From Paraspadella gotoi (Eukaryota; Animalia; Chaetognatha), in contig CM119265.1 of assembly GCA_051294375.1 (NCBI GenBank), positions 23,971,308 through 24,035,307 of the forward strand: a stretch of 64,000 bases of DNA, given 5' to 3'. Below the pieces are notes generated by a model. The model was not told the origin of the DNA and did not search any database. It was given only the letters and a program-made list of their open reading frames with translations. The translations under genes and the position numbers were made by a program. Below, piece by piece: positions 1-11,736 of this stretch. The first letter of the stretch is position 1. The number at the start of each line of letters is the position of its first letter.

Positions 1-84
1 ATTTTTATTGTTTTTTTTAAAATAAATCAGAAATAGAAAAAAATAAATAAGGCGTTTAGACTTTCGCCATTGCGATGCATTATC

Positions 85-170
85 ATCTCAAAATGCAGTA
101 TCACTGGAATAGTGCTGCAAATGTAGCATTATCCCTAAATGCAGCATCATCCCTTAATGCAGCATCAGCT
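85..170. repeat. Degenerate ~19-bp minisatellite (AATGCAGCATCATCCCT-like), ~4 units; also at ~8413-8498
   Basis: Successive units: aatgcagtatc, aatgtagcattatccct, aatgcagcatcatccct, aatgcagcatcagct. Confidence 0.6.
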
Positions 171-2140
171 CAAAAGTTCGTCCCTTGATTCTTCGTCTTC
201 AAAGTTCCATCGCGAACTGGACTAAAGCGAAGAAGGAAACCACGGTCATAGTCAAACGAAGAGGCTGGGGAAAAAAAAAGAATATTAAAAAATAGTTAAT
301 TGTTTTAGAATTAATTAAAAAACCCAATCTTCCCGTAAAAGTTGACAACTTCATTCATGTCGACGAGGCTTTTCAAAAGGATGAAGCTTACGATCAAATT
401 ACCATTATTTTTTTCATTGTTTAAAAAGCTTAATTTACTGACGAATCTCTTTAAAAATACTTTTTACCCACTTCGAGTCCGTCACGCTTTTTAAGCGGCT
501 TAAGCGGTTGCTCTAACCTTTTCCAGCTTCGAGGACTTGATTTAGAGATGCTAGGGTCCTCATCCAAATTATTTTTCTTTTCTACTGTATCTTCGTCGAT
601 GCCAAAGTCACAATCTTCAAAGCTGCGTTTGTCCAGTCTTATTGCAAACGGAATCAAACCTTGCTTTCGAAACGAGGTAAGGCCGACGGCCTTCAATTTA
701 ATAATCATAAAAGATAAATTTTTTAAAACCATCGATACTCATTTCAATTAGTAATTATAAATTAGATTATACCGAAATAATTTTCGGGTCACGTGATCGT
801 TTATTGAGGTGACTGCACAAGTATGAAACAACTAAAACATAAGTGGGACAGACCAACGGGCAGAGAGACAGGGACTTATAAGGTGACCGACAAACTGAAA
901 AGTGAGTACTCAGTTAAAATTGTTTTACCTTTTTATTTATAAATTTTGAACTTTTCCTCATTATCTCGTCTTATTTGTCGGATTCTGCCTCAGCACTCAC
1001 CGCCAGCCTCTGCCAGTTTTCCCCATCTCAATAGACAATTCTACTCACCCATTAAACCATTGTGCTGCCGGTAAAATAGTAGCAGACAAAAATGTCACGG
1101 CCTATAGCGGGCCCTTGGCGACAGGTAGTTTTGCCGCAGCCGAACTTCCGTCGTCTCGTCCCAAACCATCTGCGCCCAAGAAAGATTGTTGTTTTTTTTG
1201 TTAATGTTAATGTTAATTTAGGCAAATAGTAAATAGAACGGAGGTGGCAAAAAATCAAGGGGACCGAAATTAATTCAATTATTTATAAGATTAAACATTC
1301 ATATAAGCTATCTTGCCGCGTGACCTTTGACAGGCTATCGTGAGTTAAGGCTTCCATTCCTCTTACAAGATAATGACATAGCGGATCCCTGCAAGCTTTT
1401 AATTAAGATTCTCTCACAGTCTAGTTCATTCACTCCCAGAGTGCCGGGCTTCCCCATCAATTGAAGTGGTATAATGATTGAAAGAATGCTTTAAATGTAT
1501 ATAAAGGACCACTCCCTTTAATATTACATCGCGAATACTTTGATATACTCCGCACTATCATCAAAATACGATGAGCTGACAGATATGAAAACTTAAGGAA
1601 CTCGTAAGAATTAAAATAAAAAAAGAAGTGAGGGATTTAAACCTGCTGATAATTTTTGCATCTTCCCAATCCAGCGCATTTGTTATTGCAGTAGTCGTAA
1701 TGTTCAGATTCGATGCCCAACGGTCCATTGCAAATTTAGCGTCGAAGCAGCCAGCACTGAGAGACAAAAAGTTATCGCCGACTTTTTCCTCAATTCCGGT
1801 AACGTCCTTGACGAATGAGGGTTCCGAGCTTGGGCTTCTTTTCTCGCACTTATCAGCCCACATTTTTTGCCGCCTTAGCCAATTTATGATTCCAAGTCAA
1901 CTAGGAGAAATTTTACAGATAAAACATTGAGAATGTGTATAACAGCTTTTTAAGAGTTGCGACAGAGATGACTCACTTTGGGCAGCTTGGTCTCCGGGGG
2001 CAAGGCTTCACTGTGGCTCTGTGATGGTTGTGATTGTCAAGCATGAGCTGTTCTTCATCCGTCACGCTGGGATTTGATAATCCATTGGCGATGACCCAAA
2101 AGAAGATGATATTGAATAGAGCAGAATCACAAAATTCCAT
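170..2140 (-). CDS. Secreted CAP/SCP/TAPS-superfamily protein (PR-1/GLIPR/PI16/venom-allergen-like), 5 exons, frameshifted in this assembly
   Basis: GT-AG exons read by hand: 2140-1977, 1900-1643, 1169-1049, 690-468, 264-170. With single-base corrections the first three give MEFCDSALFNIIFFWVIANG (signal-like), LMLDNHNHHRATVKP, KLTWNHKLAKAAKMWADKC, VGDNF, AMDRWASESEHYDYCNNKCAGLGRCKNYQQ|MVWDETT(K/E)xGCGKTTC, DIFVCYYLPAAQWFNG, then RRPY. These match the CAP motifs HNxxR, LxWxxxLAxxAxxWAxxC, GEN, WxxExxxYDY, HYTQMVW..GCG and FVCxYxP in order. Exons 4-5 are less certain. Confidence 0.85.
1285..1520 (+). mobile_element. Unclassified interspersed repeat family A (in CAP intron 2; duplicate at ~9613-9848)
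   Basis: Shares taagctatcttg..tttg(g)acaggct..ttaagg, cttacaagataat, cctgcaagcttt, ctctcacagtct and cactcccagagt..ggcttccc with 27265-27430 and the reverse complement of 34955-35150. Confidence 0.7.
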
Positions 2141-3015
2141 TCTTTTGTTTTTTTTCTTTTAATAATAATAATAAAAAAAATAAAAAAATAAAAAAAAATA
2201 AAAAAAATAAAAAAAAGTATATAAAAAAGTTGATAAACAGTTGGAAGTAAGCGTTTTATTTAGCGTTTTTAATATTTAACATTTGTAATAACATCAGAGG
2301 AGATCGCCCGAGCCTCCGATCCGATTTACTTTTGGTGGCTTGATACTCCTGCTATGATAAACATGGATTTCTAAGACCAACTCAAGTGAATATATTTCTG
2401 ACAAGAGAGACGACGATGGAGAAACACGGCAGGCGTCTAGATCAATGATAAGTCTAATTGAACATGCTAGCTCTATTTATATGTTCATATGCCTTTCCTT
2501 AAGTTTTTAAACATTAATTTGCCGTTTTCTTTTTATAAAATTTTTTCATACAAATCATACCTGAGTACTTAATCCTTAATTATTGGGTCAGTCATATCTT
2601 GAATTTATTAATTCTTCCTTAATTAGTCAAGCCTTTTCGGTTGCCCGTCATTTTTCATTTTAAAAAGCGAATTGATGACTGAATTTTTGGTCGGTCGGTC
2701 CAGCTCATGATTAAAAAATTAAAACCTGTTAGCCTAAAAATGTTTTTTATAGGTAAAAAAATAATAATAAAGCCGAGACATATATTGAATAATGAAACAA
2801 AATGAAAACCTAAAACTTAAAACTTGCGCGTACAAGCCGCAAACTGATTGACCGCTAAAAAAAAAAAAAGATTTTCTCATTTTTTTCGTCTCGACTTTCC
2901 TTTTCGCCATCAACATTTCCCTCCAGCGATCGTTAATTGCGTCGAGTTGAGTTTTTTACGTCGTTTTCACCTCCTCTTGCTCCTCCTCATCCTCCTCTTG
3001 CTCCCCTTCCTCCCC

Positions 3016-3102
<87 letters not shown>

Positions 3103-3222
3103 AAAACTCATAATTTCCTTAACGACGTAAATCGCATAACTGATTCTTTAAGGCTCCCGAGTTTGATTAGATATAAAAAGGTTGTCACTGTAATCGTTCC
3201 TTGCCAGTATTCTGTTTCCAGA

Positions 3223-3275
<53 letters not shown>

Positions 3276-3353
3276 CCCTTGTCGTGGATTCTGGGGCCTT
3301 GAATCTCGGGCTTGGATAACCTTTAACGCGAAGGGACACGTGTTATACAAGAG

Positions 3354-3408
<55 letters not shown>

Positions 3409-4544
3409 TGTTTATACCTCTGCGATAGCGATTTTCTTTCCCGCGTTTCATCGTCCGTGATATTTCTCACCTCGTTTTTTTATGACCCGACTTGTTTCTT
3501 AGATTATCCTTTCTAGGTGATCCTTCCTTTTTATGTATAAATCTTTTTCCTCATTAGTAATACTTTCTCCTATCTTTTCTTTTAGGCTTCTTTAGTTTTT
3601 TTTATTTTTGTCTCTTGTATTTCTTGTTTTCATTCCCGTTTCCTCTTTCTTTATTTCATTTTAATTTTCTTTTTATTTCTCTCTTTTCTCAAACTTTCAA
3701 CGTCGCCTTTGCTTCTCATCCTTTTATAAACCAACTTTTACTTCCCCCTGCGCTTTCTTAGTTTCTCTTTATTTGTTTCAATTTCTTTCTTTTGTTTATC
3801 TTCTTTCATGAAAAGAAGTTTAAAGTCGCTTGTGGTTCATCTCTTTTTTCATCCTTTCTTTCTGATCTTTTTTCTCCTTTTAATCCGCATTTTTTATTTC
3901 TTTACGATTCTGTTTTTCTTTCTCTTTTCTTTTTTCCCTCATTCATCATCACCCTTTTTTCTTCACTGTTCATTATTACATACAGCGTATCAATAATTAT
4001 AAATTTTTAAAAGTGACGAAAAAAACAACACTGTACGGATTAAAATACTTTGTTAGGCTATATTTTTAAAAATATACAGATACCCAATACACAATATTAC
4101 AAAAAAATTTTAAATTTCAAAATTGGTCTTTTGTAAAATTTTCTAACAGATTCGGATTCCGTGATAAAAGTAAATAAAAAAAGTATAAAATTTTGATTAA
4201 GTTTAGTCAAAAATCTAAAAAGCTATATTATAATTGTAAACTTCAATATCGTTTTTTACAATTTGTAATCGAAAATAATTTGTCAAAATGATTTATATTT
4301 TCATTTATCAACTTTGAAAAGTTAAATCTGACAAACAAAATTAAAAAAAAAAATTGAAATTTTAAGGTTTTATACGGATAGTACTCCGTATATATTTATA
4401 ATTATGAATATAACTGCAAAATCAAAAGACATGGAAATTGATTTTTTTTCAATTTGATCTTTATTGGCGTAACGTTGTTCATGATTGAATTTTAGAATTT
4501 TAATACACAAATTTCACTACGCTCTAATGTTTATACACCTCTCT

Positions 4545-4620
4545 TATGAAATTGGTACAACCCAATATAAAAAATCATCCATTCATTCAATAACTAATCT
4601 ATCTTGCCCTCTGACTTTAT
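4545..4620 (+). mobile_element. Family A fragment (duplicate at ~12873-12948)
   Basis: atgaaattggtacaacc(c)aatataaaaa..atccatt..tatcttgccc matches 27268-27335 and 47657-47725. Confidence 0.7.
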
Positions 4621-5034
4621 AATATAACTAAGCTATCTTACCCGCTGACTTTATAATATATCTAAATACCAGTTCTCTTCCACAAATCCTTTCTCTCTAT
4701 CGACTTCTCTTTTCTTTTCCTCCACATAAATCCTCCTCCCTCTCTTCTCTCCTCCCCCTCCTCCTCCTCCTCCTCCATCCCACTCCTCCTCTCCTTCCCG
4801 TCCAGGTCTGGCTTTCCGTATCCTAGCGGACCTCGCGTAAAAACACGCCGCCGCCATTTTGTTTTCTTTTCTTTTTCTCCATCTTGGATTTTTATGCTTT
4901 ATTCTTTGTGTGCGAAGAAAAAATAATGAACTGCGAAAGTAAACACGGATGTTGGCTTCAAACTTCTCTCTTTGACCCGCGAAACATAAAAAGGAGTAGA
5001 AAGAGGAAAGAATAAATAACTCTGTCTCTGTCTC

Positions 5035-5097
<63 letters not shown>

Positions 5098-5189
5098 AAA
5101 ACAAACTCATCTGACAATTGAACCAATTGAATCAAAACAAACTCATCAGTCAATCAACACAGATCTCGATTTAAGGACGTGATGTTCTT

Positions 5190-6110
5190 GAAAGCGCGTC
5201 ACAATACGCAGAACGACTCTTCGCATGGTGCGTTTCAAGAAATCTAAATCTAGCAACAGCAACTCTTCAAGCTACCCTTCATCGTCTTGAAGAATGGTGT
5301 GATACATGGTTTTTAGGTCTTTGTCCTGCAAAATCAAACTGTATTTTAATAACTCGTTGTCCCTTCACTTTTGAATACGACGTTAAACTATATTTGTTTG
5401 GAGAACAAAATTCCTGTTTGCAATACTATAAAATTTTTAGGATGTATCATTGATCGAAAATTAACCTGGACTCAACATATTAATGAACTATTTCTAAAGC
5501 CAAGTCCAAAATATTAGCGATTAACAGATTATCTAAATATGTCATAGGAGATAATTTTCCAACTCGTACATCAGCTTTTCTCGACTTTAATTGTTTCTTT
5601 GTTTTTATATTCAGCACCTTGCTTTTTATCTGCAGGTAGATATCACTGGCAAAAAATTTGATACTCTTCAACTGCGAGCTATTAAAAATTTTTTCATAGA
5701 TTAACCGATACATATTGATAATGATTTAGCGCGAGATGCAGCAAGTATGATCCACTATCTGAATATGTAAGAAATATGTCAGTAAGACGTTTAAAAAACA
5801 TGATTCGAAATAATTCTCTTTTGATACCATTGTTGATCGTATTGAAAAAAATTTGACCTACACTAATATGTCACCAATAGAGCTTTTATTAGGTTGGGAC
5901 AACATTTCGAAAAAGAAAGATTGTTTGAACTGCCTCTTGGAAAGATTTCATGAAACATGTTTAGGGATAAAAACTCTACCCGATTTTCGTTTATATCTTT
6001 AAATACTTTTCAACTTGTGAATATCGTTTTTGTAAATTGATGTAGCTTTTAGGGGCACAATGTAGCCCCAAAGCCCGTTTCTTTAATAACAATTCAATTC
6101 AATTCAATTC
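5190..6110 (+). mobile_element. 5'-truncated non-LTR retrotransposon (LINE): RT C-terminal half plus 3' end
   Basis: Frameshifted translation: SQYA(D)D, LQATLHRLEEWCDTWFLGLCPAKS, IKFLGCIIDRKLTWTQHINEL, LIVSLFLYSAPCF, LQLRAIK, then CLNCLLERFHETC. Ends in an (AATTC)n tail at ~6090-6110. These are the typical RT domain 5-7 and post-RT motifs of APE-type LINEs. Confidence 0.88.
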
Positions 6111-6742
6111 TCTCTCTCTCTCTCTCTGAGCTGCAGTGTTGTGATTTCAATCATGCGTACAAGTATAACTTAATTTTTTTTATATTAATATCGTTAATAT
6201 ATATTACGAAAATTTATGATGAAACCGTAAGAGTAATGAATTTAAAAATATTAATTTAAATTTAAAATTAAATCATCCTGAAAATAGAATCCTTTTCGCT
6301 ACCCGTGTCTTCGTTATCAAACTCGATATTTGCCAACACTGATAACGGTAATTAGTAATTAGTTTATTTTTCCTTTTTTTTTTTTCTAAATTAACTTACA
6401 TAGACGTAGTACGTACATTCGTACATTGCTATTCTGTTTTAACTTTAGAAATATATATTGCGAAGAATTCATGGATTAGAAAAGGCGCCAAAGAACCTCG
6501 GTGAGATCGGGGTGGGAAAAGACGAGAGGCAAAGACTTTTGAGTGGGAAATACTTAAGTTTTAAGAAGGCAGAGGAAAGAGATTGGATTCACTTGCGTTG
6601 GGCGCGAGAAAAAAGAAAGAAAGAAAGAAAGGAAGAAAGAAAAGAAAGAAAACCAGAAAAGAAAAAAAGAAGTAAGAAAGAAAAAAAAAGAAAGATAGAG
6701 AGAAAGAAAGAAAAGAAAGAAAGAAAGATAGAAAGAAAGAAA

Positions 6743-6779
<37 letters not shown>

Positions 6780-6894
6780 AAAAAAAAAAAAGAAAGCTGG
6801 AATCCTTGAATCGAAGTTGAGGACGAAGCGAACGTTTTGACTTTCGACTTGAAAAGAGACTCAAAGGATTCATTTCCTTTTCTTTCTTTTAAAT

Positions 6895-7052
6895 TATGAG
6901 CTTCTCTTTTACATGAATGAGCTCTCTTTTACATGATGAGCTTCTCTTTTTACATGATAAGCTTCTCTTTTTACATGATGAGCTTCTCTTTTACATCATA
7001 AGCTTCTATTTTACATCATGAGCTTTTCTTTTACATCTTGAGCTTTTCTTTT
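6895..7052. repeat. ~20-bp minisatellite ATGATGAGCTTCTCTTTTAC, ~8 units (also ~15223-15380)
   Basis: Directly visible tandem units with small variants. Confidence 0.9.
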
Positions 7053-7169
7053 TCTTTCCTTGGCGAAAATTAAGCGTATTTTCTTTCACTCACTATTGAC
7101 AATGACAATAAAACTCGGACCACAATTTGCTACCAGAACCGCTTCCATAACGATCAGGAAGAGAGTCGT

Positions 7170-7475
7170 AAAGGCTCGTGACATCGCCAGTGAGCCTTCC
7201 GCTCAACCCTAACCCTAAGCCGGGCCCCCGATCCAAACCCTAACCCGAACCAGTTTCCCCGGCTCGCTACATCAACATCCTAGCCCTAACCCTATCGCGG
7301 GCTTCCTGTCTCATGCCGAAGCAAAAACCCTAACCCTAGCGCCACCCGTGGGCCTCTCCCCCAACCCTAACCCTTACCCTAACCAATGGTAACCCATTCA
7401 NNNNNNNNNNNNNNNNNNNNNNNNNCCCTTCATCGCGGAGCATCAAAGTCAGCCGCGAGCCTCTCCCCCAACTCG
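7170..7475. repeat. Interstitial telomere-hexamer (CCCTAA) clusters separated by GC-rich spacers (uninterrupted copy at ~15498-15770)
   Basis: Five AACCCTAACCC(T/G)A-type blocks at ~7205, 7235, 7278, 7326 and 7363, separated by ~15-31-nt non-identical spacers. Confidence 0.75.
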
Positions 7476-8497
7476 CGCCTTTCCTCTTATTCGCTACTTT
7501 ATTTTATCCCAGTGTAGCTAAATAAGCATAAAAAATTATTGAGCCGAAAGCGAAGAGTCGAGAGACCTCGACGGCCGAAAAAAAAGTTTTTGCGGGGAAA
7601 ATGGATTTTTTTTCTTTCTTCTAATTATTTTCTTCACAATCCCTTTTTTCTTTATTCTTTCGACGCAAAATTCTTCCCTCTTTTTCCCGCGGAGAAGAAA
7701 AGCCCGGAGAAAAGGAAGGAACAGAAAGGAGGAGGAGGAGGAAGGAGGAGGAAGGGAAAGAGGAAAGAAAACAAAAGAAAAAAGGAGGAATGAAGGACGA
7801 AAAATGCTGGAAGAAAAATTCTGAGAGAGGCATCGGCTCTTGCTTTAAGCCTTCATCAGCGTTTGTTTTTCTCTAACTATTTAAACACAACGAAAAGAAA
7901 GGAAATAATATAATGTCATTACTTCTTTAAACGTCACATTATACACAAGATTGTGATAGTTTTCATGATGGAGAATAACGGTGTAGTAAAACAAAAACAA
8001 TATTAATTTTTATTATTCATTTTTTTCTTATTTATTGCCAAATATATTTACTTCGTATTTAAATTGAATCCATTTTTGAAATTTTTCGTGCGGGCTTCTC
8101 GAAACTATTTTAATATGATTTTATGTTAGATTTTTTCAAGCATTTCTAATCTTAAATATTTAAACCTATCATAGCAGAGAATAGAATTTCTAGATTTTAT
8201 AAGGATAATACCATATATTTAAATATATACAGCCAACTACGAAATTGTTATCTTTGTAATCTCAAGTCCAAACTGAATCTCAAAATACATTTTTTAACTT
8301 TTCAAAAAAAGTAATAATAAACCGATGAATTTTTATTGTTTTTTTTAAAATAAATCAGAAATAGAAAAAAATAAATAAGGCGTTTAGACTTTCGCCATTG
8401 CGATGCATTATCATCTCAAAATGCAGTATCACTGGAATAGTGCTGCAAATGTAGCATTATCCCTAAATGCAGCATCATCCCTTAATGCAGCATCAGC

Positions 8498-10468
8498 TCA
8501 AAAGTTCGTCCCTTGATTCTTCGTCTTCAAAGTTCCATCGCGAACTGGACTAAAGCGAAGAAGGAAACCACGGTCATAGTCAAACGAAGAGGCTGGGGAA
8601 AAAAAAAGAATATTAAAAAATAGTTAATTGTTTTAGAATTAATTAAAAAACCCAATCTTCCCGTAAAAGTTGACAACTTCATTCATGTCGACGAGGCTTT
8701 TCAAAAGGATGAAGCTTACGATCAAATTACCATTATTTTTTTCATTGTTTAAAAAGCTTAATTTACTGACGAATCTCTTTAAAAATACTTTTTACCCACT
8801 TCGAGTCCGTCACGCTTTTTAAGCGGCTTAAGCGGTTGCTCTAACCTTTTCCAGCTTCGAGGACTTGATTTAGAGATGCTAGGGTCCTCATCCAAATTAT
8901 TTTTCTTTTCTACTGTATCTTCGTCGATGCCAAAGTCACAATCTTCAAAGCTGCGTTTGTCCAGTCTTATTGCAAACGGAATCAAACCTTGCTTTCGAAA
9001 CGAGGTAAGGCCGACGGCCTTCAATTTAATAATCATAAAAGATAAATTTTTTAAAACCATCGATACTCATTTCAATTAGTAATTATAAATTAGATTATAC
9101 CGAAATAATTTTCGGGTCACGTGATCGTTTATTGAGGTGACTGCACAAGTATGAAACAACTAAAACATAAGTGGGACAGACCAACGGGCAGAGAGACAGG
9201 GACTTATAAGGTGACCGACAAACTGAAAAGTGAGTACTCAGTTAAAATTGTTTTACCTTTTTATTTATAAATTTTGAACTTTTCCTCATTATCTCGTCTT
9301 ATTTGTCGGATTCTGCCTCAGCACTCACCGCCAGCCTCTGCCAGTTTTCCCCATCTCAATAGACAATTCTACTCACCCATTAAACCATTGTGCTGCCGGT
9401 AAAATAGTAGCAGACAAAAATGTCACGGCCTATAGCGGGCCCTTGGCGACAGGTAGTTTTGCCGCAGCCGAACTTCCGTCGTCTCGTCCCAAACCATCTG
9501 CGCCCAAGAAAGATTGTTGTTTTTTTTGTTAATGTTAATGTTAATTTAGGCAAATAGTAAATAGAACGGAGGTGGCAAAAAATCAAGGGGACCGAAATTA
9601 ATTCAATTATTTATAAGATTAAACATTCATATAAGCTATCTTGCCGCGTGACCTTTGACAGGCTATCGTGAGTTAAGGCTTCCATTCCTCTTACAAGATA
9701 ATGACATAGCGGATCCCTGCAAGCTTTTAATTAAGATTCTCTCACAGTCTAGTTCATTCACTCCCAGAGTGCCGGGCTTCCCCATCAATTGAAGTGGTAT
9801 AATGATTGAAAGAATGCTTTAAATGTATATAAAGGACCACTCCCTTTAATATTACATCGCGAATACTTTGATATACTCCGCACTATCATCAAAATACGAT
9901 GAGCTGACAGATATGAAAACTTAAGGAACTCGTAAGAATTAAAATAAAAAAAGAAGTGAGGGATTTAAACCTGCTGATAATTTTTGCATCTTCCCAATCC
10001 AGCGCATTTGTTATTGCAGTAGTCGTAATGTTCAGATTCGATGCCCAACGGTCCATTGCAAATTTAGCGTCGAAGCAGCCAGCACTGAGAGACAAAAAGT
10101 TATCGCCGACTTTTTCCTCAATTCCGGTAACGTCCTTGACGAATGAGGGTTCCGAGCTTGGGCTTCTTTTCTCGCACTTATCAGCCCACATTTTTTGCCG
10201 CCTTAGCCAATTTATGATTCCAAGTCAACTAGGAGAAATTTTACAGATAAAACATTGAGAATGTGTATAACAGCTTTTTAAGAGTTGCGACAGAGATGAC
10301 TCACTTTGGGCAGCTTGGTCTCCGGGGGCAAGGCTTCACTGTGGCTCTGTGATGGTTGTGATTGTCAAGCATGAGCTGTTCTTCATCCGTCACGCTGGGA
10401 TTTGATAATCCATTGGCGATGACCCAAAAGAAGATGATATTGAATAGAGCAGAATCACAAAATTCCAT
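8498..10468 (-). CDS. Second copy of the CAP-superfamily gene inside the duplicated block
   Basis: Same sequence and same frameshifts as 170-2140 at offset +8328. ORF-track translations are identical. Confidence 0.75.
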
Positions 10469-11343
10469 TCTTTTGTTTTTTTTCTTTTAATAATAATAAT
10501 AAAAAAAATAAAAAAATAAAAAAAAATAAAAAAAATAAAAAAAAGTATATAAAAAAGTTGATAAACAGTTGGAAGTAAGCGTTTTATTTAGCGTTTTTAA
10601 TATTTAACATTTGTAATAACATCAGAGGAGATCGCCCGAGCCTCCGATCCGATTTACTTTTGGTGGCTTGATACTCCTGCTATGATAAACATGGATTTCT
10701 AAGACCAACTCAAGTGAATATATTTCTGACAAGAGAGACGACGATGGAGAAACACGGCAGGCGTCTAGATCAATGATAAGTCTAATTGAACATGCTAGCT
10801 CTATTTATATGTTCATATGCCTTTCCTTAAGTTTTTAAACATTAATTTGCCGTTTTCTTTTTATAAAATTTTTTCATACAAATCATACCTGAGTACTTAA
10901 TCCTTAATTATTGGGTCAGTCATATCTTGAATTTATTAATTCTTCCTTAATTAGTCAAGCCTTTTCGGTTGCCCGTCATTTTTCATTTTAAAAAGCGAAT
11001 TGATGACTGAATTTTTGGTCGGTCGGTCCAGCTCATGATTAAAAAATTAAAACCTGTTAGCCTAAAAATGTTTTTTATAGGTAAAAAAATAATAATAAAG
11101 CCGAGACATATATTGAATAATGAAACAAAATGAAAACCTAAAACTTAAAACTTGCGCGTACAAGCCGCAAACTGATTGACCGCTAAAAAAAAAAAAAGAT
11201 TTTCTCATTTTTTTCGTCTCGACTTTCCTTTTCGCCATCAACATTTCCCTCCAGCGATCGTTAATTGCGTCGAGTTGAGTTTTTTACGTCGTTTTCACCT
11301 CCTCTTGCTCCTCCTCATCCTCCTCTTGCTCCCCTTCCTCCCC

Positions 11344-11430
<87 letters not shown>

Positions 11431-11550
11431 AAAACTCATAATTTCCTTAACGACGTAAATCGCATAACTGATTCTTTAAGGCTCCCGAGTTTGATTAGAT
11501 ATAAAAAGGTTGTCACTGTAATCGTTCCTTGCCAGTATTCTGTTTCCAGA

Positions 11551-11603
<53 letters not shown>

Positions 11604-11681
11604 CCCTTGTCGTGGATTCTGGGGCCTTGAATCTCGGGCTTGGATAACCTTTAACGCGAAGGGACACGTGTTATACAAGAG

Positions 11682-11736
<55 letters not shown>

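Noticed and set aside
224-250. eIF4E-binding motif YxxxxL-phi (YDRGFLL, like eIF4G YDREFLL)
   Set aside because: It sits at the end of a predicted secreted protein, and a 7-residue match can be chance. Revisit only if this exon belongs to another gene.
2297-2450. Tyrosinase-like DPIYFW motif on the plus strand
   Set aside because: It lacks the copper-binding histidines, the frame closes quickly, and there are no supporting exons.
2848-3516. 222-aa ORF and other long SL/ER/K/F-rich ORFs (e.g. 6458, 16785, 25033, 36373)
   Set aside because: They are open only because CT/AG microsatellites and purine tracts lack stop codons, and they show no domain signal.
7204-7385. CRISPR-like repeat-spacer array
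   Set aside because: The repeats are short degenerate telomere hexamers, and the spacers are irregular in length and related to each other.
8498-10468. Real tandem expansion of CAP genes
   Set aside because: Identical frameshifts and microsatellite lengths plus the 25-N gap favour assembly duplication.
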